Notes under the pieces: generated by a model
The model's input: the letters and a program-made list of their open reading frames with translations, nothing else
Told to the model about the DNA's origin: nothing
The model's database searches: none
Position numbers and translations under genes: made by a program
Shown: one piece after another, positions 26,843 through 40,885 of the stretch
How the letters are laid out: each line of letters opens with the position of its first letter
Position numbering within the stretch: position 1 is the first letter of the stretch
DNA from: Octopus vulgaris
Lineage: Eukaryota
Direction of reading: 5' to 3'
Assembly (NCBI GenBank): GCA_951406725.2
Contig: OX597826.1
Span: forward strand, 6,572,001 to 6,636,000
Length of the DNA stretch: 64,000 bases

Positions 26843-27340
26843 TTTAAATAATGTCTATAGCTGGGTTGCTAAATAAGTAGTTCGATATCATTCAGTGAAA
26901 TCTATTGGTAAATAATTGTGTGCTAATCCATATTTATTACTATACATACATTTTCTTCCTCAGAACCCCAAAATTACATCACTTTCATAAAAACCCTATG
27001 ACATATGAATTCAATTTCATAAAAGCGCTAGCTATATCTAAAACTTACAAACTCACGCATACGTGTAGGCCGTCTATCTTATATATATAACTTCATTTTA
27101 ATATCCATCTGAAAGTCAATTATAGTATTTAATAAAGCATTCTCTTTTGATTTAGAACAAGAAATAACTTAAAACTAAATGTCAGTAAGCAACAAAAAGT
27201 TTATAACGGTAGCAATTTCAAAAACTGTTAATAAAATTTTGCATAACCGTTTACCATGATATTTTTAGTCCCATTTCAGTTTTAATCCATGTAGTTACCG
27301 GTTGCTATATTGCATTTAAATATCTCAAAAATAAATTATA

Positions 27341-28381
27341 TCAGACTGATTAAAATGTAAGCAACGTTTTCAAACATAAAATTCATCACAATATATTTCA
27401 ACAATGAGGAAATTTAATTCATCAAAGTAAGTACCATTACATTCAACAAAATTTTGCCACCGAGTTACCAGTTTGTTTATTCCAGTAACATAAAAAAACC
27501 TGGAGTTCTGGTGCTGATTAACTCTTTGAACGCACTTTGAGCATCGGTTTGATTTCTGAATCCCTTCTCTTGTAGCAAACCACCAAGATGCTTGAAAACG
27601 TGGTAGTCGGTAGGAGAAAAATCTGGGGAGTAAGTTGGGTGAGGAAGAACTTCGTAAACAAGTCCCCTCAACATCTGAAGCGTCACTAGTGAAACGTGTG
27701 GTCAGCATTTTCATGAAGAATGATTGGAACTTCTTCTATTGACCTTCTGGGAGGGAGGGGTAACAGTTTTTCGTTCATTATGGCAATACCCTGGGAATAT
27801 GTTTCTGCAGTAATGGTGTTTCTGTGTTTTATGAATTTATAGTGCATGTGTCCAATAGTACACCGCCAAGCAGTCACCATAACCTTCTTTATGAAGAGCT
27901 CGGGTTTAGGGAAGACCTTCGGTTCTTCATTTCGGTCCAAACACTGCGAAGAACGTTTTTATTATTATACTAAATCGAATTTTCATCGCAAGTTACAATA
28001 CGATCGAGAAATGGATTGCTCTGATTACGGAGAAGAAGCGACATGCAAATTTCATATCTGAACATTTTCTGATTTTCAGTCAAATCGAGTGGTACTCATT
28101 TGTCGAGTTCTTTTGGGTTTTCCCGTCGCATTCCAACGGTTACAGGCAGTTTTCTGGCAAACTTGAAGTTCTTTTGCCAGTTCGCGAGTGGTTTTACGTG
28201 GATTTTTCTCAATGACAGTCTCTAATTGACTGTCATCGACGACAGATGGCCCTCCACTACTCTGGCAATCTTCAAGTTTCAGGTCTTCGTTACAAAATTG
28301 TTTAAACCATTTTTGAGCTGTCCACTCAATGGTCATTTCCTCACCAAACGTTTCGTCGATATAGCGAGCAGTTTCAGCAGG
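27341..28381 (-). mobile_element. mariner (DD34D, Hsmar1/cecropia-like) transposase pseudogene, frameshifted, 5' end lost
   Basis: TAQKWFKQF..LED..SGGPS HTH; FLDRIVTCDE; KKVMVTAW; IILHENA; VLPHPTYSPDFSPTDYHVFKHL; GINKLVTRWQNFVECNGTYFD. Confidence 0.93.
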
Positions 28382-29523
28382 CTTCTTTCAGTTTCTGCTA
28401 CGAAATCCATTCAGAAGGCTTTGGTCAGCCTACGCAATCATATTTGTGTCTGTTTAAAATAGTGTATGTTTATTAATTTAAACACATACAGATATATCAA
28501 TGTGTATACCTGTGTGTATGTATGTATATGTATGCTTAATAAATATTTACACATGTGTGTGCAAGTGCGAGTGTCTGTGTGCGAGTTTGCGTGTGTATGT
28601 GTGTGATGTGCGTGTGTGTGAGCAATATAACTTGCTACATTGGAAATGAATCAATTTCATTATTTATCGAGTAAGATATCAAGAGAAACGGAGAGAAAAG
28701 GACACAATTTCCTTCGCTAGTTGAACTATGTAATGGCGCTTTATATAACGACCATCAATAATTGTAACTAGAAAGTAACTTAATAATTCTAAGCTATGGA
28801 AATTATAAGCCATACATGGATATGCTACCATTTTCAATTAGTTCGCCAGGGGCATTAAGGAATTGGAAACTAAATACGAAAAAATCTATTACAATACAAA
28901 TGGAACTACCAATGGTAGGTGTTATATATCTTGCATGCATCTACTTACGACGGGATAAATTTGTAAAGTGGTTTCCGTGAAATGCTTATCGCGGCCATCT
29001 GGTATGAAAGCGATATGCCCTTCAATACCAATAATCAGGTATTTTTCCACTTTCCATGTTAAATTAATCCGTAAACGAAGGTATTGCATTTTAAGTTTTT
29101 TGAATTATGGCAGGTTTTTAAACGATTTATTTTCTATTTGTATGTGCTTGGAGCGACCCAATGGTGTGTGTGTGTGTGTGAATGCGCGTGTCTGTGTAAG
29201 TCTGTACTCGAATATTTGTTTGTGTGTATGCATGTATATATATGTATATATATATAAACATAGATATATATATATACATAAATGCTTATATATGCACATA
29301 TATATGTTTATATATACCCAAATACATACATATATATATATATACATATATGTTTATATATGCACACATACACAGACACAAACAGACACACACACAGAGA
29401 CACCCCCACATATATATATACATTATACATATATAAACATTTCCATTTGTTTGTATATGGATGGATGGAGGTATGTGTTTACTTAAAAACATGTATAAAC
29501 ACACGTGTGCGTGTATGTATGCA

Positions 29524-29579
<56 letters not shown>

Positions 29580-29643
29580 GAAAGTGCGACAGATAGACGG
29601 ACATATAAATTTACACATACATACTCATACATATACCACAGCA

Positions 29644-29700
<57 letters not shown>

Positions 29701-30472
29701 ACATATATTTCTTTATCTATGGGCTTGTTATAAACACGTATTGAAGACTCTACATGCTAAATGATGTGTGCGTGTTCTTCTCTTTTAAAAACCGATACAC
29801 GACAACGGAGTTTGCAAGAGAACACACACCGCCTAGTCGAGAAGAAAACCAACACGAGATGACTTTCAACTGACAGTTTATCAAGATCGCTGAAGAGTTG
29901 TATTCGTTAGAACGCCTTCTGGCAAACAGGTGTGAGATGTAAAAATGTTAGATAAGGGGTTTAAAAACATCATCTTACATTTATTTCAAACATTGCTGAC
30001 TTTCTCAACTACCCCGATGCATGTTACTCTATTCCAAATGTTTTCGAAAAATCTTTTTTCTTTTATTTATTTATTTATATTATATTTTTTATTGTATGTG
30101 ATATTTTTAATTATTTATTTTTTTCTTCGCTTATCGTTGTTAGTTACAACTATTGTACCGTTCTTGTAGTTTATGGCGTTGTTTATTAATGTTTTAAAAT
30201 AAGTATATGCATATATAGATATATACACGTTCATATGAACGAATATATATGTGTGCGTATGCACGTATGTTTGTATAAATGTATATATATATATTCATTA
30301 AAATTATATGTTACGTACGCGTGTATTTGTATATGGACACGCATCCATACATATTCAAACATACATACGAGTACATGTATGTATATATGTGTATATATAT
30401 ATATAAATATATATATATATGTACATATATATACATATACATATATACATACACACATGAACAAATACACAC

Positions 30473-30543
<71 letters not shown>

Positions 30544-30637
30544 AATGCGCATGTCTGTTACACGGTAGGTATGTATATGCATATGCGCAAATGTATGTAT
30601 ATATTTGTGTAACGATGTTGGTATGTGTCTGTAGGCT

Positions 30638-30675
<38 letters not shown>

Positions 30676-31269
30676 TGTAATTGTGTGTATGTATATAATT
30701 GTGTGCGTGCACGCGTTTGTATAAGTGTTTCCGTGCATAAATCATTATCAAGTGTGTTTGCTTGTAGATGTTCATTCGCTTATTAATAGTTTTTATTGCA
30801 TTCATTTCTTGTTTAGTACGTTATTAGTGTTTAATATTAACTAAATTTTATTTTGTTCGTTTTGTCCTACTCCGCTTTTTTTCAACCTTTAATAATATTA
30901 ATAATAACACTAACAAGAATGAAAAGAAACAGTAACGGCAACGGTTCATATTATCAGAGTTATTGCAATGATGATGATGATCATCATCATCAACATCATC
31001 ACCATCATCATCATCATTGCCATCATCATCATCACCACCGTTATCATCATCATTGTCATCATCATCATCATCATCACCGTTATCATCAACATCACCATTA
31101 TTACCATCATTATTATTAGTAGTGTTAGTAGTAGTAGTAGTAGTAGTAGCAGTAGTAGTAATAGTAGTAGCAAAAGTAGTAGTAGTAGTTGGAGGAGTAG
31201 TAGGAGGAGGAGGGGAAGAGTAGTAGTAATGAGAAAAATTAAGGGTACACCAGGCACAAAAACTAAATG

Positions 31270-31376
31270 GTGATCTCATATCCAGCACATGACCTTGCAG
31301 GTGGAGCCCAGTTAGAACTCGAGTAACCCATCCCGCTCAAAAGACTGAATAAGGGTTGTTTAAGGACGTTGAACAA
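31270..31376 (+). mobile_element. 5' fragment of the 6410-6805 repeat family
   Basis: TGACCTTGCAGGTGGAGCCCAGTTAGAA...CTGAATAAGGGTTGTT. Confidence 0.7.
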
Positions 31377-31392
31377 CTAGTATTATTACAGC

Positions 31393-31426
<34 letters not shown>

Positions 31427-31435
31427 GTTGTTGTT

Positions 31436-31480
<45 letters not shown>

Positions 31481-31680
31481 ATCATTATTATTAAGATTGT
31501 TGTCGTTGTAGAAGAAGTAGCAGTTGTTACTATCACAGTAACTAGACATTAAACTTCGTCATCCCTGATATCTCTACTCTCATCCTCAATATCATCATAC
31601 TGATCCATACCTAATCTACGGAAGCATTTTCAAGCCATCACCAAAACTGTTATTCAGAGTTTCACAATACTTTTCTCACC

Positions 31681-31801
<121 letters not shown>

Positions 31802-31926
31802 ATAGTTTTACTGCTGCTGCTCTACTACTAATACTACTACTACTGCTGCAACTACTACTAATACTACTACTACTACTACTACAACTAATACTACTATCTT
31901 CCGACGAACAGGAACATGAAACTCTA

Positions 31927-32037
31927 AGTAACAGTTTTTGTAAAATTGTTGCTGCTTTTCAATAAAGCATATTATTACACCTCTGCTATTCGAGTACTAT
32001 TTTTACCACCTTGTTTCGCTTTTATGTACTTATTCAG

Positions 32038-32040
<3 letters not shown>
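31927..32040. repeat. dispersed ~113-bp repeat abutting a microsatellite (second copy 60986-61098)
   Basis: AGTAACAG...TGCTTTT.AATAAAGCATATTA...ACCTCTG.TATT.GAGTACT...CCACCT.GTTTC is shared between the copies. Confidence 0.8.
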
Positions 32041-32130
<90 letters not shown>

Positions 32131-32261
32131 CATTATAGATATAGGGTAAAAAATTATGTATTTATAATTAATATATTTCACCAAGTAGTTTCGGTATGGA
32201 AAAGAACCATATTCGGTAAAACTTTATGCGAGGAAGTTTTATATATAATTATATAATTGTA

Positions 32262-32396
32262 ACAATAATTAAGTGTTTAGCAAGAAGTTGCTCAATCCCA
32301 TAGCGAAAAATCTAGAAATAGCAGCCAAAAGACCGTTATTTCTATTCGCTACTAGTGTTATTTGTGGTCAATCAACTTGTTGCTAAACCCTTAATT

Positions 32397-32401
<5 letters not shown>
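32262..32401. mobile_element. MITE-like 140-bp element with 29-bp TIRs
   Basis: ACAATAATTAAGTGTTTAGCAAGAAGTTG versus CAACTTGTTGCTAAACCCTTAATTATTGT (2 mismatches). A related fragment lies at ~63710-63795. Confidence 0.7.
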
Positions 32402-32462
<61 letters not shown>

Positions 32463-32547
32463 GTGTATGTGTTTGTGTGTGTGTTTGTGTGCGTGTGCTT
32501 GTGTGTGTGTTTGCTTTTGTGTTCGGGCTATATATGTTTTTTTTTTT

Positions 32548-32757
32548 TTGTACTTGTTTCAGTCATTTGACTGCGGCCATGCTGGAGCACCGCCTTTAGA
32601 GTGGTGAAAGAGTACAGCAGGGATCACCACCATCCCCTGCCGGAGCCTCGTGGAGCTTTTAGGTGTTTTCGCTCAATAAACACACACAACGCCCGGTCTG
32701 GGAATCGAAACCGCGATCCTCCGACCGCAAGTCCGCTGCCCTAACCACTGGGCCATT
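32548..32757 (-). mobile_element. chimeric SINE: tRNA-Arg-type head joined to CORE-type SINE tail
   Basis: 32600-32757 matches 5415-5560; 32548-32599 (TTGTTTCAGTCATTTGACTGCGGCCATGCTGGAGCACCGCCTTTAG) matches the tail of 13385-13800. Confidence 0.8.
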
Positions 32758-33033
32758 TCTCAACAATATACTTCGGATGCAGTCTACTTCTGCAGTGTAT
32801 ATAATGCACGCGTTAACAGAGTTGAAGTTAGTGTTTTTGTCTTCCGTCTCTTCTCCACTCTCTCCTTCTTCAGCTGCTTCTCTTATTCGTGATGTTTTCT
32901 CCTCTTTTCTCTTGCTTCTTTATGTTCCCATTATTATTGTCCTCACTGTCACTATTATTATTATTATAATCATTATTATTATTATTATCATTATCATCAT
33001 TATTATTATTATCATTATTATTATTATTATTAT

Positions 33034-33073
<40 letters not shown>

Positions 33074-33085
33074 AGCAGCAGCAGC

Positions 33086-33120
<35 letters not shown>

Positions 33121-33676
33121 CAGCAGCAGCAGTATAGTAGTAGTGGTGGTGTTGGTGGTGGTAGTGGCGGCAGTAGTAGTAGTGGCAGTAGTAGTGGCAG
33201 TAGTGGTAGTAGTAATAGCAGCAGCAGCACTACCAGTAGTAGTAGTAGTAATCTTTCAATGTCTTTTTTTGTTTTTTGTTGTATTATAATTTTCTTCCCC
33301 TTTCAGTGCAGTTGTTAATTTGTTTATCGGTATTTTCTTAAATGCCTTGTTTTTTCCTCTCTGATTCAGTTTTCAGCAAAGTATATTCTGTCGTAGAATA
33401 TTATTAAATTAGAGCGACATTGAAGTTAGCTTCAAACAAACGGCTATCATAGAAACTTACTGATACAGAAAAGAAACAAGCATTTCTTTCTCTCTTCGTA
33501 GCATTCATATGTGTGCGTACACATACATATATGTGTGTGCGCAAACTCACACACACACATATATACATATATATATAAGGGTCTGTATATGTTCGTATAT
33601 AAACATATGAATGCATGTAAATATATATGTACGTGTGTGTGTTAGTTTGTGTGTGTGTGTATTATCGATTATACCT

Positions 33677-33960
33677 AGGGTGTAAGTTTAAATGGGTAGC
33701 AATATCTCCGCAAACATCTTGGAATTGCTGGCATTTTCTGTGTTTCTCTTGTGTTTCTTTATGTTTTGAGGCGGTAACAGAAAAAAATAAACTGTGGATT
33801 TCATTTACAGCTGTTTACACTTCATCAGCAAGATATGTAGACTAAGACATCTTCACGGGAAGTAGTTATTTGTACATCGATTTCGAATTTCAACGGAAGA
33901 TGTTTCAGTTTCTCTCTGAATTTTGGTGTCAGTTTATCTCAAAAAATATCAATTGCTCAG
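33677..33960. mobile_element. possible Tc1/mariner terminal remnant
   Basis: AGGGTGTAAGTTTAAATGGGTAG...ATATCTCCGCAAAC resembles a Tc1/mariner terminus; no transposase motif read. Confidence 0.3.
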
Positions 33961-34064
33961 ACATAGAATGAACACTCTCGAAATCTGATGTATGGAGAGT
34001 GCAAGCAAGTGTATATAATGTAAGAATGAAGGATGGAAATCCTTGTAGAACTCATGTAGAAACA

Positions 34065-34250
34065 TAGGGCCTGCTTTCCGGTTTCCGTGGCGTATATATT
34101 CACTACCTGGACAGCAAAAGAAACAGACAGAATAAGTTTCAAACTTAAAAGGAAAATGCTTAAATCGATTTGCTCAACTAAATCCGTCAACGCATTGCTT
34201 AAGCATGGCCGCAGTTAAATGAGAAAAAATCAGGAAAAAGATTTAAAATA
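34065..34250. mobile_element. SINE fragments: tRNA-Arg-type 3' part (minus) abutting CORE-type tail (plus)
   Basis: GGGCCTGCTTTCCGGTTTCCGTGGCG..CTGGAC resembles 5308-5353; CAGAATAAG..CATGGCCGCAGT resembles 13680-13770. Confidence 0.55.
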
Positions 34251-35109
34251 CATAAGATTAATAAATAAGAAAGAATACATCAAATGACCTTAGTTTACTG
34301 ATAATAATTATCAGAAAGATAAACTGATAAACAAAAATTCATCAAAATGAACTTAGAACATGATAAGGACTATAAATAAATATTGGCGAATTCACATATA
34401 TGAATTTAAAGGATTTAAAATACTGCGAGCAGCAGCTATTGTATTAATCTCAACCCTTCACATTTTCCCTAATTTTCCTACTAAGACTTCCCAACTGGTA
34501 TTTCGGAACAACATATGATAATTGGTAGTGACCTTCCCAATCCAATGACAGTGAAAGTCACGAAAAAAAGCATTAGAAGAAAAAATATCCCAGAGATCGT
34601 CATATACGCCACAAGACACATTGAACACAATATGCAAGAATTATTCGGAACTTGTTCTCATTTTAGCCCACCAATGAACGACTTAATTGATCGATTGAAA
34701 TCGCTCCAAACTTGTTTAATATGTCATTGTATAAATATAAGCTAAAATTAAATTAATTGATCTTTTCCATTATATACGTGCCTAAGCATATTTGTTATAA
34801 GATTATTACCAACCACTAAAATATAATACATACTGCCTTGTCTAATCTTATTATATGCGCTCCCACTACGCTATACATTAACTTACTATGCATGCAGATA
34901 TCTATTTAAGGTATACACGCTGATTTTAAATCAGAAATGCTAATTTTATTTCGTATATATCATCGTTTTCTTACAAGTCTATGCAGAAACATCCAGAAAA
35001 CTGCACCCATTAAATAATTTTGCTTCCTTTAGCATTTGTTATGATGTGGATATACACGTATGGTGTAAAATGGTATTACACAAATAAATAGTTGGCTGTG
35101 TTAACTCCT

Positions 35110-36016
35110 GTGATAATGCACTCCGCATTACTCGAACGTAGGCACGATATTCAGTATCCACTGTTCAACTACCGACTGTTAAACCAACACATATGGAACT
35201 AACATGGTTAACCAATACGGTCGACTAACACTCTCAACTACTCGGCAGACAGTTCACTTAGTTCATATTCATTGTAATTGGTTAGTACACCTTCAGTCAA
35301 CTGAGAGTGTTGAGGATTCTCCCATTACATCTCCCCCTTTGAGAATTTTGCTTAATATCTTTTGCGGTTAGGACCTATTTCAAATTCTTCTCTTCGTTTT
35401 CCTTTTCTCGTACGTGTAGTATCCACAATTTGTTTAGGTGTTGATGCATCAAACGTCTCATAAAAAAAGCTTCCATTGAAATTTCTTTTCTTGTGTCCGT
35501 TTCCTAAGAAAGCCATTTTTAATTGACTTATATGTGTCTTATGTTCGTAGTTGTGACCTTTTAGCAAACATAACATAATAGTGCCCCTCCCGATACTCTT
35601 AATAACTTCTCTGGGTGGCGTCAGCCCAAGACAGTCTCCCTCACTCTTCAACAAGTCGCTACACTTCTTGAAACTCTTATCATTAACCTCCACTTCACGG
35701 ACTTGCAGTAGCACCGCTGACAGACTTTTGCCAGTCACCGCAGCATAACTCACCCCTTGTACTGGTCTATTTTCAATATTATTTACCACTTCACTCACAA
35801 ATGGGGAAGACAAATAAATATTCCAACAAATTCAACAATTCAGGAAATAACAGGTTAAGAATTCCATTACTCACATTTCAACACAATCAAATACAACGAC
35901 GACGTCGAACTAACACCGTCAACTACGCTGTAGACTGTTGGCTCACGCTTCTTATTTATTGTAATCGCTTAGTCTACCTACAGTCATGCATGGGTGCTCA
36001 AGATTCTCCCATAACA
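35110..36016 (-). mobile_element. miniature, internally deleted Gypsy-like LTR retroelement
   Basis: Two diverged LTR starts TGT(T/A)ATGGGAGAATC at 36016 and 35329 with alignable ~110-bp blocks (35904-36016, 35220-35329). PPT AGGGGGAGA at 35330-35338. Internal ORF has IKSIGRG..LLKGHNYEHKTHISQLK, resembling an integrase C-terminus. Left boundary uncertain. Confidence 0.75.
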
Positions 36017-36212
36017 AGTTTCTAGAATAAAATTTATACGATCTATTCCCAAAAGGATAAGAAAATTCAGAAGAAAATATCATCTATGTGCCTAAGACAA
36101 CTACTATGTCACTTAGGCAAATCGTATAATCGAACATAAAACATTAAAATAACAAAGCAAGAGAACGTGCACGTGGAAAGTTTTAGTTTTGGCGCTGGGT
36201 GGAAAGAGAGGA

Positions 36213-36246
36213 TTTTTAACGTTCGAGTATAGCTCTTCATCAGAAA
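36213..36246 (-). ncRNA. degenerate minimal hammerhead motif
   Basis: TTT-CTGATGA-a GAG ctata CTC-GAA-CG-TT/AAA; one A of GAAA is missing. Confidence 0.55.
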
Positions 36247-37666
36247 GTGAAACAGAAAAGACCAGAGAGGGACAACAGCACGTCTGTAGTTACATCGCTG
36301 AAGTGCATATACCGCACACTCAGATGGATACGCTACATCCTTCCGACTGATTTAGTGTATCTGATTCATGTGTTTTCATTGGATTGCTTTACCTTCAAAT
36401 TTCTTCAGAGTACATTGTTTCTGCTAATATTTTACCTAATCTAACTTATTTTCTATAAATTACTATTTAAATTTCCACAGCCCTAGGAGCAAGTGACTCA
36501 AAATCCAATTACTCCTGTTCGCAATGGCACAAACTTATTTGTATACCCTGCCGAGAAACAAAAAGTGCATATTCTATAATATTCACTAACAGGTTTAATC
36601 TTCAATATTCATATACCGCACGAAGGTACTGAATTAAATATTTGAATTAAATATGTGTACTGAATTAAATATTTGATATTATTTTTTAACCAACTGCCTA
36701 CACTAGTTTTAACACAAGCAATAAAATAACTAGAGCACTCTGGAAAAAGGCATCACCTTACACAAACTGTTCTGAACATGATTAAAATTTTGCTAGTTAA
36801 GATTGCTATTTTTTCGTATATGTCGCGCCAGCAACATGTATTCTGTATATTTGCAACACACATACACACACACATGCACATCTGATCATATATCACGAAA
36901 AATCGAAAAACATTGTTATGGAACAGGGGCAGAAGCTGCTGTGAAATATAGGGAACGTTTAAGGCAAATGTTAAGATACAACCATTCTAAAGAAAGTGTA
37001 GCTTAAATATTACATGATGCTTGGTACACAATCAATATAACAGACATGAAATATATTATGAAATGAAGAACCAAATACTTAGTCATCGTAATTCCTTTAA
37101 TAAAATTTCAAGTACCTAATCAAGTTATATATATATATACGTGTGTATGCATATATTTATATATGATAAATTTAAATATATATATATATATGAGTGTGTG
37201 GTGGAAATTTCGAAATGCGAACCCGTGATGCGCTTATTATCTGCTAAATATTATTACTTTGCCTATGATATATTAATCCAAGAGGTGTGAAATGAATTAC
37301 AGCCTGCCTCGTACTGCCTAACATTAAGATAATACCAAGAACTGAGAGACTGTTCTGCTCTTATTTTATTTAGAGTCGAAAATCAATAATTTTAATCTAT
37401 TTGTTTCCAAACAAAGGCTTTTAACTTAATTTGCATTACTTGGTGTGCAATCTTTTATTCTTAAAACTACATTTTAGCAAATTTGCTGAAAGAAAATAAA
37501 AGAAAGAAGACTGAAAATGAAAGCGAGAAAAATATATATAAGGAGAATATAAAAAATAACATTTGACAAATTACTAAAAGATTATAAGGATTTTCAAATT
37601 ATATAGATATGCTTCTAACAGCTCGTGAGTCCGTACTATGTACCTGTAAGTGTATGCATGTATATA

Positions 37667-37703
<37 letters not shown>

Positions 37704-37769
37704 GTATTTATATATATGTGTGTGTGTGTATGCATGTATATATATACACACATATATATACATACATGA

Positions 37770-37827
<58 letters not shown>

Positions 37828-38017
37828 CTAGCCACGAAACATGACCATACATAAGTCTCTTCATACGTATATGTGTATGTGTATGTGAGTGAGTGCATGT
37901 GTGTGTGTGTGAGTGAGTGAGTGTGTGCGTGTGTGTGTATATATACATAATACATAAGTATCTTCATATATCTGTTTCTATATCTATATGCACACAGATA
38001 TACATACATACACACAA

Positions 38018-38078
<61 letters not shown>

Positions 38079-39746
38079 ATATCTATCCATGTATGTATTA
38101 TACTTGATGGGTACGCTATATAGTGATATAAATGTGTTGTAGACCAAATTTACAAAATAACACTATAAGAGTTTTAATAAATAACAGAAATTAAGCAAGT
38201 AAAATTTTCAATACTTTTATAAACGTATTTAATTCGCATATAAGGAAGTTAAAATATATCTCATGACACAGATACAATTGCAGTTCTAGGAAGAGACAGC
38301 ATTCGTACTGACGCAGCAAATATTGTCGTGGACCGATAACAGATTTTCCTATTTAAGCAGATTATCAATAAATATTACAGTGTTATAATCTAAGAGGTCG
38401 ATATCCGATTGAAATTTTATCGAAGCTGAATTTCAAAAATTTATGCGAACAACCTCTGCAGGATGCGTCAATCTGCAAATCTAGTTTATTCAGAGCTAAA
38501 AATGCAAGTATTTCTGAAACCTCATTTATAATACGTCGTGCAGCAGGCAAAAATAGGTTTGAAATGCCTACACTGTTATACCTGAAAATCAATTGCTAAC
38601 TAATGTAGATTAAGTCTATGTAACGAAATTCCATAGTATATGTGAAGAAAATAAGTCTTTTCTATAGAGAGAGCAAGATTTGTAAAGCAGTCATGAACAT
38701 TTACCGAAAATGAATATCCTTCGCTATAACCATACAGCGTGGACCAGATCTTACGATTCAGAGGCATTCTCTAATGAGTTGCACAGTTGCACCCGCTGAT
38801 TTTTTAAAAAATATATTTTGCGACTCTTGGCTTATCTTACGCAATATTTGATTGAATAAACAGATATACAATTATGTGAGTAACAGATATACAAGTTTGT
38901 GTAACTGTGTTTCATACTTCAGGACGTTTGTAAATGTGCATAGAAGTCCAAGCATTATATACTGTGGAACATTGATTTAACGTTGATGATCAAAAGAAAT
39001 TATGGAAAATCAATGTAATTTCGTTCATATATAATTTATGATACATCAAGTAAAGAATGGCTGTTGTCAAACAAACCGATTATGAAACATCGGTCAATCT
39101 ACTTCTGCCTTCGTGTATTAATTACAATGATATTCAACAAACTCTCTCCGATTCGTTTCATAAAACTATTATTCAACGTCTGTATATCTAAAGGTCAATG
39201 CAAGAAAAAAATATCACATAGATTATTATAGCTTTGGAAATATTGAACATAAATTATTCATTACCAAATAGTAAAATATTTAATCGCCAAATAGCTAGAC
39301 GCGGCTTCACATTTTTTTATGAGTGTTTAGTATCAGAAACACGTCCTTAGCGAAATAGAGCTGTCCGGGTTTTCAGTCGTTCACATCGATATGAGCAACT
39401 ATATGGAAATACTACGTCCCTGCGCATCACAAAAATATGTTACAGTAAAGACATTAAAGCAAGAGAATGGACATAGTAGCTCACATATGTATATTTGTAT
39501 AGAGAAATAGGAGCAGAATGAGACGATTGAAAGCGACTGTTTGCCCGTTGTGGATTTGGCATGACTGAATGAACTTTAAAAATAATTGGCTTCGGTACTG
39601 GAAGCAATACGTGAAAAGAGAGAGAGAGAGAAGGGAGAGAGCGAGAGCGGGAGAGTATACAATGTTTGTAGTAAGTTAACGTTTATCTAAGGCACAGTAC
39701 AAATGCAGAGTATCAGCTGCTAATTCTAAATATATATATATATATA

Positions 39747-39950
<204 letters not shown>

Positions 39951-40048
39951 AAATGGTAAGATAACAAAAGAATGAACGGGACCACGATATTATGTAAATA
40001 GAGGAATATATCTGTAAATGTAATATGTGACAATTATTCGGTAGCCAT

Positions 40049-40110
40049 GATAAAACTCCGAGTTTCGGATGACTGGGCGGAAACCCACGCCGCCATCTCT
40101 TCAGTTAATC
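40049..40110 (-). ncRNA. type-I hammerhead ribozyme with GC-rich extended stem II
   Basis: GATTAA-CTGAAGA-GATGGC ggcgtgggtttccgccca GTCATC c-GAAA-CTCGGAG-TT/TTATC. Confidence 0.7.
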
Positions 40111-40250
40111 GGGCCATAGAAACTATATATATTTATATATATCAGCTCGTGCGGCGCCACCTTCAAAGCCAGAATAGGCAATCGCTACAACAACAATAAT
40201 AACATCGAAAAATACCTTAGGAATGAGAACCCAGGTTCTAAATTTCCCCA

Positions 40251-40296
40251 AACACCAGATGAAGACTGGAGATTATATCAGCCAAAACGTTCTGTT
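40251..40296 (+). ncRNA. degenerate hammerhead motif
   Basis: AACAC-CAGATGA-a GACTGG agattata TCAGCC-AAAA-CG-TT/CTGTT: stems retained, with core changes CTG>CAG and GAAA>AAAA. Confidence 0.5.
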
Positions 40297-40505
40297 AAAA
40301 ACAAGCAAGGTTTGGACAAATATCCGTCAAATGTAAATAATATAAATAACGTAAACACTGAACATAATTCCTCATCTCTTAAATACAGAACTGTATTAAC
40401 CAAGTGATTGTTGAATGCGGCTGCTCAGATTGCAACGCACTGGGGAAAATACATCTATTTATTGGCAATAATATGATTTTTCACATCCTTATTAATATTA
40501 ATTAC

Positions 40506-40885
40506 AAGGCGGTGAGCTGGCAGAGACGATAGTACGCCAAGCGAAATGCTTAGCGTTGTGAGTTCAAATTCCACCGAGGTCGACTTAGCCTTTCATCCTT
40601 CGGGATCGATAAATTAAGTACCAGATATGCACTGGGGTTGATGTAATCGACTTAATACCTATATTTGTCCTTGTTTGTCCCCTCTGTGTTTAGCCCCTTA
40701 TGGGTAATAAAGAAATATGTATTTCGTCTGCCGCTACGTTCTGAGCTCACATGTCGCCGATGTTGATTTTGCTTTTCGACCTTTCGGGTCGATGAAATAA
40801 ATATTAGTTTCTGGCGTCGATGTAATTGACAAGCACCCTTCCTCCGTAATTTTCAAGTTCTTTTGCCTAGAATAGAAATAGTTAT
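40506..40885 (+). mobile_element. dimeric Nin/Deu-type SINE
   Basis: AAGGCGGTGAGCTGGCAGA head; unit 1 as at 292; second unit from 40719 with a different tail. Confidence 0.88.

Noticed and set aside
29885-29940. CTGAAGA..AAACAGGTG hammerhead-like trace
   Set aside because: G12 is missing and the stems rely on G-U pairs; too decayed to call.
32175-32222. Minus-strand TATGG/CCATA hairpin followed by GAAACTACTT
   Set aside because: The CUGANGA box is not recognisable, so it was not listed as a ribozyme.
38383-38592. Stop-free stretch with a minus-strand TTTTCAG acceptor-like site
   Set aside because: No recognisable protein similarity or partner exons; an exon cannot be excluded without RNA-seq.
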